A stretch of DNA of 64,000 bases from the NCBI GenBank assembly GCA_963817435.1, contig CAWFNY010000004.1, positions 22,080-86,079 of the forward strand, in the 5' to 3' direction. Both the position numbers and the translations under genes were made by a program. Positions 1 to 9,394 of the stretch are shown in pieces. Each line of letters starts with the position of its first letter. Position 1 is the first letter of the stretch. The DNA comes from an uncultured Gemmatimonadales bacterium. Lineage in GTDB: Bacteria > Gemmatimonadota > Gemmatimonadetes > Gemmatimonadales > GWC2-71-9. The notes beneath the pieces are model-generated. The model did not search any database. It saw nothing but the letters and a program-made list of their open reading frames with translations, and was not told the DNA's origin.

Positions 1-2847
1 ACCCGTTACAGCGTCGGGGACACGGCGACCGTGCTCTTCGCCTCGCCATTCACCGATGCGGAGGCGTGGGTCACCATCGAACGGGAGGGCCTGATCGAGC
101 AGCGGCGGCTCACGCTTACGTCCGGGTCGACCACGATCAAGTTTCCGGTGACGGAAGCCTGGGCGCCGAACGCATTCGTCTCGGTGCTGGTCGCGCGCGG
201 CCGGAGCGCGCCGCCCGGTCCGCTCGACGATCCGGGCCGGCCGACGATCCGGGTCGGCTACGTGGAGCTGCGAGTCACGCCGGAGGTCAAGCGGCTCAGC
301 GTCACGGTTGCGCCGCAGCTCAAGGAGTATCGCCCCGGCGATACCGCCCGGGTGAGCCTCAGCGTGAAGGATCGCGACGGCAAGGGGCAGCGGACCGAGG
401 TGACGCTCTGGGCGGTCGACGAGGGGGTGCTGTCGCTGACCGGCTACAAGACTCCCGATCCGATCGACCTGTTGTACGCCGCCCGGGGACTCGGCCTGCG
501 GCTCGCGAGCAACATGACCACTGTGGCGCCGCAGGTTCCCGAGGGAGAAAAGGGCGGCCGCGCGCCAGGGGGCGGCGGCGGCCGGGGGGAGAGCGACATC
601 CTGCGCTCCCGCTTCAAGACGACGGCGTTCTTCCTCGGCAGCGTGGTCACCGACTCGGCTGGCGTGGCGACGGCGGCCGCAAAGCTGCCTGACAACCTGA
701 CCACCTTCCGCCTCATGGCCGTCGCGGTGACGGCAGGAGACCGGTACGGCAAGGGACAGTCGCCACTGCTCGTGACCCGCCCTCTGCTGGCGCGTCCCGC
801 CCTGCCGCGATTCCTCCGCGAGGGCGACAGGTTCATGGCGGGCGTCGTCGTGAATCAGCGTGCCGGAGGGACACCCACCGTCACCGTGACCGCCGAGTCG
901 AAGGGCACGCAGCTCGCCGGTGAAGGCACGCGGACGACGACGCTGGAGGCCGGACGCGGGCGCGAGGTGCGCTTCGATTTCCGGCAGCCGGGCGCCGGTC
1001 CGTTCGGCAGCGCCGACAGCGCCACCTTCAAGTTCAAGGTCACCGGCGCCGGCGATGCCGACGCGGTGCAGCAGCGGCTGGCGATCAAGCCGGCGTTCCG
1101 GCCCCGCGCCTGGACGGTTGCCGGCGTGCTGGTGGACACCGCCACCGCGGAGTTCGCACTGCCGAATGACATCGATGCGGACCGGTCACGCCTGCAGCTC
1201 ACGCTCGGCAGCTCCCCGCTGAGCGTCATCAAGGGGCTGACCTATCAGCTACGAGTCTACCCCTACTACTGCACCGAACAGGCATCGAGCGCGGCACAGC
1301 CCCTGATCGCGCTCTACCGTGCGCAGAAGGGTCTCAAGAGTGTCAGGCTGCTCACGGGAGACCCGAAGGGCGACATCCAGCTTGCCGTGAGCCTGCTGAG
1401 CCGTCGGCAGCGGCCTGATGGCGGCATCGGCTACTGGAGCAGTGAGGACTGGACCACCCCGTGGCTCTCGGCATACGCGGGCATGACGCTGATCGAGGCG
1501 CGTGCCGCGGGGATCGCGGTTGACGACAGCGTCCTCGCGCGGCTGGGCCGGTATCTGCGCACCTCACTCGACGATCCGCAACCGGTTCGGGCGCCGGTCA
1601 TCGGGTGGTACGACCGGATGCAGGCGAGCCTGAGTGACAAGGTCGCGGCGGCCGATTTCCTCAGCCGGCTGGGCCAGCCGCATGTCGCCGCGGAGAACGA
1701 ACTGCTGCGGAACGCCGCGCAGCTCGCGTGGGAAGACCGGGTGCGCCTTGCGGAGGTGCTGGCGCGACGGAAGGCGTTCCGCGCGGCGCGGGCTCTGCTG
1801 CAGCCGGTATGGAATACGGTGAAGGTCGAGGGTCGCCGCGCCACGATGCCTGAGCAGGCGTACAGCTTCGACCACTACTTCACCTCGAGGGTGCGCCCCG
1901 TCGGCCGGCTGCTCACGGCCACCCTCGCCGTCGATTCCGTCAACCCGCTCCTCGGCCCGCTGGTGGAGACGCTGGTGCAGCAGTCCCGCGCGGGGGCGCT
2001 GTCGCCGTGGAATACCCAGGACTATGCCGCCGTCGTGTCCGCGCTCGCGGCCTTCGACCGGAAGATGCGAGCCGGCGCGGCGCGGCCGTTCACGGTCCGG
2101 GGTGGTGGCAGGGTGCTCTTCGCCTCCGCGGGGATGACGGCAGCCACCTCGCGCCTGGCCATTGGCGATTCCGCCGTGGCGCTGACCGGGATGCTCGGGA
2201 CCGGGGCGCAGGGCAAGAGCGCGCTGCGCCTTTCGCTCGCGGCCCAGGGGGCAGGCTCGCCGATCTACTACTACCTCACCGTCAACGAGGTGCCGAAGCA
2301 GCGGCCGGTGAATCCGGAGGATCAGGGCGTCCGGGTCGAGCGGTGGTACGAGAAGTACGATGCGAAGCAACCCATCATGAGCATCGCGGAGGGAGAACTG
2401 GTCCGGGTCCGATTGCGGATCACGGTGCCCGCGGACCGCCAGTTCCTGATCGTCGACGACGCATTGCCTGCCGGTCTCGAAGCGATCGACCTGAGCCTCC
2501 GGACGGCGAGCCTGACACCGGGTCCCGGTCTCGACGAGAAGAACCGGTACCTCGCTCCGGAGGAAGCGGAGGGACAGGGAGAGGAAGGCGCTCGGCAGGC
2601 GAGCCAGTGGTACTACGGCAGCTGGGACAGCGGCTGGTGGTCCCCCTTCGACCACAAGGAAATACGTGACGACCGGGTGCTCTACTCGGCGACGGTGCTC
2701 TGGAAGGGTACCTACACGATGACCTATCTGGCGCGCGCGACGACTCCCGGCACTTTCATCCGTCCGCCGGCTCACGCAGAGGAGATGTACAACCCGGCGG
2801 TCTATGGCCGCAGTGACGGTGGCATCTTCACGGTGACGCCCAAATGA
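1..2847 (+). CDS. Alpha-2-macroglobulin family protein (5'-truncated by window edge)
   Basis: ORF runs in from the window edge. Thioester motif YPYYCTEQ (CxEQ), LPDNLTTFRLMAVA, C-terminal PPAHAEEMYNP. Stop overlaps pbpC start (ATGA), the classic yfhM-pbpC pair. Confidence 0.93.
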   Translation, partial: TRYSVGDTATVLFASPFTDAEAWVTIEREGLIEQRRLTLTSGSTTIKFPVTEAWAPNAFVSVLVARGRSAPPGPLDDPGRPTIRVGYVELRVTPEVKRLSVTVAPQLKEYRPGDTARVSLSVKDRDGKGQRTEVTLWAVDEGVLSLTGYKTPDPIDLLYAARGLGLRLASNMTTVAPQVPEGEKGGRAPGGGGGRGESDILRSRFKTTAFFLGSVVTDSAGVATAAAKLPDNLTTFRLMAVAVTAGDRYGKGQSPLLVTRPLLARPALPRFLREGDRFMAGVVVNQRAGGTPTVTVTAESKGTQLAGEGTRTTTLEAGRGREVRFDFRQPGAGPFGSADSATFKFKVTGAGDADAVQQRLAIKPAFRPRAWTVAGVLVDTATAEFALPNDIDADRSRLQLTLGSSPLSVIKGLTYQLRVYPYYCTEQASSAAQPLIALYRAQKGLKSVRLLTGDPKGDIQLAVSLLSRRQRPDGGIGYWSSEDWTTPWLSAYAGMTLIEARAAGIAVDDSVLARLGRYLRTSLDDPQPVRAPVIGWYDRMQASLSDKVAAADFLSRLGQPHVAAENELLRNAAQLAWEDRVRLAEVLARRKAFRAARALLQPVWNTVKVEGRRATMPEQAYSFDHYFTSRVRPVGRLLTATLAVDSVNPLLGPLVETLVQQSRAGALSPWNTQDYAAVVSALAAFDRKMRAGAARPFTVRGGGRVLFASAGMTAATSRLAIGDSAVALTGMLGTGAQGKSALRLSLAAQGAGSPIYYYLTVNEVPKQRPVNPEDQGVRVERWYEKYDAKQPIMSIAEGELVRVRLRITVPADRQFLIVDDALPAGLEAIDLSLRTASLTPGPGLDEKNRYLAPEEAEGQGEEGARQASQWYYGSWDSGWWSPFDHKEIRDDRVLYSATVLWKGTYTMTYLARATTPGTFIRPPAHAEEMYNPAVYGRSDGGIFTVTPK

Positions 2848-5145
2848 AGCCGGGCGGTGCGGCGGTCCGCAGGCTCGGCCTCGCGCTGGCGACTGGCGCA
2901 CTCACGCTGGGGGCGTGGGTCGCCTGGCCGCTGCCTGACGCGCTGCTCGCGCCGAACCGGGCCCAGAGTTTCACCATCCAGGATCGGCATGGGGTCACCC
3001 TCCGTGCCACCCGCGCCGGGGACGGCTCGCTCGCCCGCTGGGTACCGCTGACCGCGATGGACCCCGACCTTCCCCGCGCCTTCGTGGCGGTGGAGGACAA
3101 GCGGTTCTACTCGCACCACGGGATCGACCCCCGGGCGACAGTGCGCGCGCTCCGTGATGACATCGCGAGCGGTCGCGTCGTCTCCGGCGCTTCCACCATC
3201 ACCATGCAGCTCGCCCGTCTGCTCCGGCCGATGGGCCGCGGGTTCGGTGACAAGCTGGTGCAGTCGCTCTGGGCGCTCCGCCTCGAGGCTCATCTCACCA
3301 AGCAGCAGATTCTCGAGCAATATCTCAACCGTGTCCCGCTCGGCCAGGGGGCCATCGGGGTCGCCGCCGCCACCCGGCTCTACTTCGGTGCCGCGCCGGA
3401 GCAGGTGAGTCTCGGGCAGGCGGCGATGCTCGCCGCACTCGCGCACGCGCCCTCAAGCCAGAACCCGCTGGTGGCGCCGAGTCGCGCGGCCCACCGGCGT
3501 GAACTGGGGCTCGCCGCGCTCCGTGAGGCGGGCTATGCCACGGCAGATGAGATCGCCCGCGCATTGCGTGAGCCGCTGGTCAATTCCGCGGGGACTCCCC
3601 CGTTTCTCGCGCCCCACTTCACGAGCCGGATTCTTCTCTGGGGGGAGAGGGAGCACCGTGAGCTGGCGGGCATCTGGCGCACCTCGCTCGACCTGGCGCT
3701 GCAGGAGCAACTGGAGAGCGAGGTACGCCACACCGTCGACCAGTTGCGGGATCGCGGAGCCAGTCAGGCGGCCGCCGTCGTGCTCGACAACCGGAGCGGT
3801 GAGATCCTCGCCTGGGTCGGTTCGCCGGACTTCTGGGCGGATACCGCGGGACAGGTGGACATGGTCGTGAGTCCCCGGCAGCCGGGCTCAGCGCTCAAGG
3901 CGTTCCTGTATGCGATGGCGTTCGATCGTGGTGTCACGGCCGCGACCGTGCTCGCCGACATCTCGACGACTTATCAGACGCCCTCGGGTCCGTACCACCC
4001 GCGGAACTACGATCGGCAGTATCACGGCCCCGTCCGGGCCCGCGAGGCGCTGGCCAGTTCATACAATGTCCCCGCCGTCGGGCTCGCCGACCGGATCGGC
4101 TACGCCACGCTGCTGCACGGCCTGCAGCGGGCGGGGTTCGCCTCACTGGATCGTTCGCCGGAGCACTATGGCCTCGGCCTCGCGCTGGGCAACGGCGACG
4201 TGACGCTGCTCGAGCTCGCCAACGGCTACCGGGCGCTCGCCAATCAGGGGGAATGGACCCCGGCACGGTGGCAGGCGAGTCTCGACGGCAGCGGCGCTCC
4301 GGACGGCAGGCGAACCCGGGTCGTCTCGGCGCGAGCCGCCGCACTCGTCCTCGACGTGCTGGCGGATCCGGAGGCACGCGTACCCGGCTTCGGTCTGTCC
4401 ACGCCATTCGACTGGCCCTTCCGGGTCGCGGTGAAGACCGGAACCAGCCGGCACTTCACCGACAACTGGGCGGTGGCGGTGACGGGTGGGTTCACCGTCG
4501 CGGTGTGGGTCGGCAACTTCAGCGGCCGTCCGATGGAGGGCGTGAGCGGCGTGACCGGCGCGGGGCCGCTGCTGCACCGCGCCGTGCTGGTGACGGCGAG
4601 CGCGCTACCCGGCCGGCAGTCTGGTTACCGCGCAGGACCTGGGGCTCGAGTCGCACACCATCTGCCGTGTGTCAGGCATGCTCGCATCACCTGAATGTCC
4701 CACCGCGACGGAGTATTTCATTCCCGGTACTGCGCCGACGCAGCACTGCGACTGGCATGCGGAGGGAACGGTGCACTTCCCCCAGGAATTCGCCGAGTGG
4801 GCCGCCACCGATGCCGGCACGATTGCCGCGCGGCTCGACGCAGCCGCCCTCAGGCGGACGGCAGCCGGTGTTGCCTCTCCGCATGCGGTGGCCATCGTGC
4901 CACACGCGGGGTTTACCATCACGTCGCCGGAGAACGGGGACCATTACCGGATTCCGCCGGGGGTCGACGCGCGGTACGCGACGATCGCCCTGCGGGCGAC
5001 CGGCGCTCCGTCAGGCCACCCCTTGCGGTGGTTCGTCGATGGCCACGCGATCGCCGGGACCCGCTGGGCGATCCAGCCGGGGCGGCATCGGGTCCGGGCG
5101 CAGGCGGGCGCGCTGAGCGACGAAGTCGAGGTGCAGGTTGAATAG
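2844..5145 (+). CDS. pbpC: Penicillin-binding protein 1C with a single-base frameshift near 4600
   Basis: Transglycosylase motifs EDKRFYSHHG and GASTITMQLAR; transpeptidase RQPGSALK, SYNVPAV, KTGT. The C-terminal part (CRVSGMLASPECP...WFVDG) continues in another frame to 5145. Confidence 0.88.
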
Positions 5146-5225
5146 CTGCGCCTTCGGTGCCTTTGCCCAGCAGCGCCGGTCCGTCCCCTCGACATGATGA
5201 CCAAGCAGGCGTTCACCTCGAACTC

Positions 5226-6239
5226 ATGACCATGCCCACGCTCCCCACCCGTTCACTTGGCAGCACCGGACTCTCGATTACGACCGTCGGCTTCGGCGCC
5301 TGGGCGATCGGCGGCGGTGACTGGGCATATGGCTGGGGCCCCCAGGACGATGCCGCTTCGCTCGGCGCGATGCGACGCGCCCTCGACCTCGGCGTCAACT
5401 GGATTGATACCGCGGCGGTCTACGGACTCGGCCACTCGGAAGAGATTGTCGGTCGGCTGCTGCGGGAGCTGGGGCAGGCGCGGCGGCCACTGGTGTTCAC
5501 CAAGGGCGGTCTCCCGTGGGATGAGACGGACCGGATGCGGGAGCCGGTGCAGAATCTTCAGCCCGCATCGATTCGGCGGGAGTGCGAGGCCTCGCTGCGC
5601 CGGCTCGGCGTGGAACGGATCGATCTCTATCAGTTCCACTGGCCCGACATGACCGGCGTGGCGGTGGACGAGTCGTGGGCCGAGATGGGACGGCTGGTCG
5701 ACGAGGGGAAGGTCCGGTTCGGGGGGGTGTCGAACTTCTCCGTCGAGCTGCTCGAGCGATGCGAGCGTCTGCGGCATGTCGCATCCCTGCAGCCGCCCTT
5801 CTCGATGATTCGCCGTAGCGCGGCCGCCGACGTCATTCCCTGGTGCGCCAGGCACGGCACCGGCGTGCTCGTCTACAGCCCGATGCAGACCGGGATCCTG
5901 ACCGACAGCTTCAGCATGGACCGGATCGCGCGGATGGCGCCGGATGACTGGCGCCGAAAGGGGCAGGAGTTCCAGTCCCCGCGCATCGAGCAGAGTCTCG
6001 CGCTTCGGGACGCCCTGCGCCCGATCGCCGCCCGGCATGGCGAGACGGTCGCGGCCATCGCCGTCGCATGGACGCTCGCGTGGCCAGGCGTCACCGGCGC
6101 GATCGTCGGCGCGCGGCTGCCCGCACAGGTGGATGGCTGGATCGGCGGGGCGTCATTGACGCTCACGCCGCAGGATCTCGATGAGATCGCTGCGGCGATC
6201 ACGCGGACGGGCGCGGGGAAGGGGCCGGCGAGGCCCTAG
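5226..6239 (+). CDS. Aldo/keto reductase
   Basis: GFGAWAIGG, GVNWIDTAAVYG, TKGG, LGVERIDLYQFHWPD, GGVSNF, VYSPMQTGIL. Start taken at ATG 5226. Confidence 0.92.
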   Translation: MTMPTLPTRSLGSTGLSITTVGFGAWAIGGGDWAYGWGPQDDAASLGAMRRALDLGVNWIDTAAVYGLGHSEEIVGRLLRELGQARRPLVFTKGGLPWDETDRMREPVQNLQPASIRRECEASLRRLGVERIDLYQFHWPDMTGVAVDESWAEMGRLVDEGKVRFGGVSNFSVELLERCERLRHVASLQPPFSMIRRSAAADVIPWCARHGTGVLVYSPMQTGILTDSFSMDRIARMAPDDWRRKGQEFQSPRIEQSLALRDALRPIAARHGETVAAIAVAWTLAWPGVTGAIVGARLPAQVDGWIGGASLTLTPQDLDEIAAAITRTGAGKGPARP

Positions 6240-9200
6240 GTGGCCGGGGGCGGTGCGCTCACGCGCACGATCGCCCCGGTGGCGGGCGCATTGGTCAGCG
6301 CCGAGAGCATATCGGCATACGCCCCGACCTGTCGCAGGTATTCCGGAGCGGTGGTCACTCCCGCTCCACCCGTCTTCCAGTCGACGACCCGCCACGCCGG
6401 CCCGTCCAGCGACGCGGCATCGATCACGCCCTCCTGCACTTCGAGGCCGGCTTCGCCTCTGATCGCCCGCGCGATGGGGAACTCGAATCGTGCGGTCCGC
6501 CCATCGGCGAGCGCACGCCAGCTGTCCGAGGCGAGCACCTCCGTTGCGATGCGCTCGAGCACCGCGGCACGGTCCGCTGGCAACTGCTCGTCCCGCACGA
6601 CGGCCGTGATGAACGCGGTCAGCCGGGCATCGCGGCGCCCCCGCCCCAGCGCCTCGATGATGCGGTGAACGGCCCTCCCCCACGCTCGATTGCTTCGCTC
6701 CTCGACAGGCGAGGCGGCCGCGTAGTGCCGCTCGTCATCCTTCTCTGCGCGGGCAGACTCAGTCACGATCGTTCTGCGCCACGCCGCCGAAGCGGCCTGC
6801 CGCCGCCATGCTTCGGCCGCGGACCGGGCGGTCGTGATGCTCGCAGGATCCTCGAACGTCCTGCGGCCTTCGGCGATCGTTGCCGGGACCAGAAGCTCCG
6901 GCGCCCCTGCGATCGCGCCGCGAAGCGGACTCCAGGCGGAGTCGTCCTCGCCAGGGTCGGCGGGTGCGGCCGTCCCGCCGTACTGCCCGACGATCAGCTC
7001 AGTCCTTGCGCGAGTCACCGCGACATAGAGCAGCCGGTCCCGTTCGGCCGCGAGGAAGCGCGCTTCCGCTGCAGCGTGCATGGCCCACCCGGGGGGCTGG
7101 GCCACGGTCTCCCTGTCGCCGTCCTCGATGACCATCCACGCTTCAGCGTAGCCATCGCCGTTCCGCGTCACATGGAATGTGGGCGCGTGCACCGCTGGCT
7201 TCGTGGGCGCGGCGAGGATGACGACCTTCGCTTCGAGCCCCTTGGCCTTGTGCAGGTTCATCACCTGGACCGCGTCGCCGCGCCCGGGGCGGAGTGGCGC
7301 ATCCTCGGTGTCACGCCGTTCGAGCAGCGCTTCGAGCCTGGTGACGGCACTCGCGAGATCGTGCACGCCATCCGCGGAACCGGCGCGGAGCTCGTCCCCC
7401 AGCCGCAACAGGGCGCCCGCGCGGGCTTCGCCAAGTGCCTGACTTGCGGCCCAGGGGAGAAGGCCGGTCTCATCGAGCAGGCGGCTGAGCAGGACATCCG
7501 GTGCCAACACCCGCGCATCGAGCCACCAGCGGTGCAACGTTGCGAGCGCGGAGGTCACCTTCCCCGTGCCGGCCGGTGGAGCACTGAGGCGGCAGGCGAT
7601 CCCCTGATCGAGAGCTGCCACCAGCTCTGCGGGGACGAGGCCGAAGAACAGCCCTTCCAGCGCGGCGACGACTTTCACCGGGTCGTCAGGCGCGGCCAGC
7701 GCCCGCAGCAGCGTGATCAGCTCCCGAAGCTCCGTCTCCTGCGGGATCGGCGCGCCCGCCGTCTGGACCGGGACATTGCGCTCGCTCAGCGCGCGGGCGA
7801 TCGCGTCGATGCCTGCCCGGTGCCAGGTAAGCACCATGAAATCGCCGGGGCTGTCACCGCCTGCAGCGTGCACGCGAGTGGCGATCCAGGCTGCGATCTG
7901 GGCAGCGCTCTCCGCCTGGATGGCCGGAGCGTTCCGGGGTGCGCAGGTGCACAGACGGCTGATGCCCTGACCGGCGGGAACGACGGTCTGGCTCTCGAGC
8001 GGGCTGAAGGCTGCCTGGACGTCGGTCGCGGTCTCGGGGAAGACAGCGCCAAAGTGGGAGTTCACCACCTCCGCGATCGCCGTGGTCGAGCGGAAGTTCC
8101 TGGTGAGCGTCAGGACTTCGCCGCCACGCGCCGCGATCTGCCGCTTGACCATGTCGTAGGTCTGAATGTCCGCACGGCGAAAGCGATAGATGCTCTGCTT
8201 GGGGTCGCCGACGACGAAGAGCGCCCCTGGGCGGGGCGTGACCTGTCGCCAGTCCAGTCCCGCCGCGGCGTCGGACGCGAGCAGGAAACAGACCTCGGCC
8301 TGGATCGGGTCGGTGTCCTGGAACTCATCGACGAGCAGATGCCGATACCGGAGTCCGAGGGCGGTGCGCGCTGGCGCCGAGCTGCGGAGCAGGTGGGCAC
8401 AGCGCTCGAGCAGGTCCTCGAAGCCGAGGTGCCCGGTGCGCCGGCGCCAGCCGGCGAACTCCCGGGCGCCGCGCTGCAGGAAGCCGATCACGGGCCCGTA
8501 GCGGTATTCTCGCCAGCTCTGGAGCAGTCGCGCGGCGGCGCCCTCGATATAGGCCAGGAACTCCTCGCCGAGTTGCCTGGCCCGGAGCTTCCCCGCCTTG
8601 TCGTCGCTCCAGCTCTTCTGGGTGACTTTGCAGCTCGCCTTTGTGAGGAGCGTAAGTGCCTCACAGAAGCTGGCGGTGTCCTCCCAGCCGATCGCATGCC
8701 GGCGGTAGCGGAGCTGGCGCACCGTCTTCTGCAGGCGATCCCAGCCGCCTTCCGGCTCCTCCCCGGGCAGCAGCGATTCCGCGTCGTCGAGCAGGGACTC
8801 GAGCATGTTTCGCGAAGCGCGGGTGTCGGGTTCCTCACGTGGCGGCGCCGGGAACGTGGCGTCCGGATGCCCCACGACACGCGCGAAGGCCCCGAGCAGC
8901 GAGTCCGGATCGAGGCCGAGCTGGATCAGCCGGAGGAAGTCCGGGTCCTGCGCGAGGCGGCACTCGTCCAGCCAGCGGGTCCAGAAGGCTTCGACGAGAA
9001 TGGGCCAGCCATGCTCGTCCTCCTCGGTAAACGCCGGATCGAGGCCCGCTTCGAGCGCGTGTTCCCGGAGCAGGCGGCCGCAGAAGGCGTGGATGGTGCC
9101 GACGAAGGCGCGATCCAGGTCGGCCAGCGCGGCCGTGAGCCGGTCCCGCTCCTCCGGCGGCGCTGGCAGGGCCAGCGCGGCTTCCAACCCGAGCTGGAAC

Positions 9201-9394
9201 TTCTCGCGCAGTTCGTTCGCGGCTTTTCGGGTGAAGGTGACCGCGGCCAGCGACTCGACGGTGGTGCCCCGGCGCACATGGGTGAGGAGCCGGCCGACGA
9301 GTGCCGTGGTCTTTCCCGATCCGGCACCGGCCTCGACCAGGAAGTTGGTGTCGAGGTCGTTCAGGATCCGTTCGCGGGCGCGGCGATCGCTCAT
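6236..9394 (-). CDS. addA: AddA-like UvrD-family helicase/nuclease
   Basis: Walker A EAGAGSGKT, TFTRKAANEL, VDEFQDTD, VGDPKQSIYRFRRAD, MNLHKAKGLE, LLYVAVTRAR, and a C-terminal nuclease EGVID...VVDWKTG. ATGA overlap with the upstream addB-like gene. Confidence 0.88.
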   Translation of the reverse strand: MSDRRARERILNDLDTNFLVEAGAGSGKTTALVGRLLTHVRRGTTVESLAAVTFTRKAANELREKFQLGLEAALALPAPPEERDRLTAALADLDRAFVGTIHAFCGRLLREHALEAGLDPAFTEEDEHGWPILVEAFWTRWLDECRLAQDPDFLRLIQLGLDPDSLLGAFARVVGHPDATFPAPPREEPDTRASRNMLESLLDDAESLLPGEEPEGGWDRLQKTVRQLRYRRHAIGWEDTASFCEALTLLTKASCKVTQKSWSDDKAGKLRARQLGEEFLAYIEGAAARLLQSWREYRYGPVIGFLQRGAREFAGWRRRTGHLGFEDLLERCAHLLRSSAPARTALGLRYRHLLVDEFQDTDPIQAEVCFLLASDAAAGLDWRQVTPRPGALFVVGDPKQSIYRFRRADIQTYDMVKRQIAARGGEVLTLTRNFRSTTAIAEVVNSHFGAVFPETATDVQAAFSPLESQTVVPAGQGISRLCTCAPRNAPAIQAESAAQIAAWIATRVHAAGGDSPGDFMVLTWHRAGIDAIARALSERNVPVQTAGAPIPQETELRELITLLRALAAPDDPVKVVAALEGLFFGLVPAELVAALDQGIACRLSAPPAGTGKVTSALATLHRWWLDARVLAPDVLLSRLLDETGLLPWAASQALGEARAGALLRLGDELRAGSADGVHDLASAVTRLEALLERRDTEDAPLRPGRGDAVQVMNLHKAKGLEAKVVILAAPTKPAVHAPTFHVTRNGDGYAEAWMVIEDGDRETVAQPPGWAMHAAAEARFLAAERDRLLYVAVTRARTELIVGQYGGTAAPADPGEDDSAWSPLRGAIAGAPELLVPATIAEGRRTFEDPASITTARSAAEAWRRQAASAAWRRTIVTESARAEKDDERHYAAASPVEERSNRAWGRAVHRIIEALGRGRRDARLTAFITAVVRDEQLPADRAAVLERIATEVLASDSWRALADGRTARFEFPIARAIRGEAGLEVQEGVIDAASLDGPAWRVVDWKTGGAGVTTAPEYLRQVGAYADMLSALTNAPATGAIVRVSAPPPAT

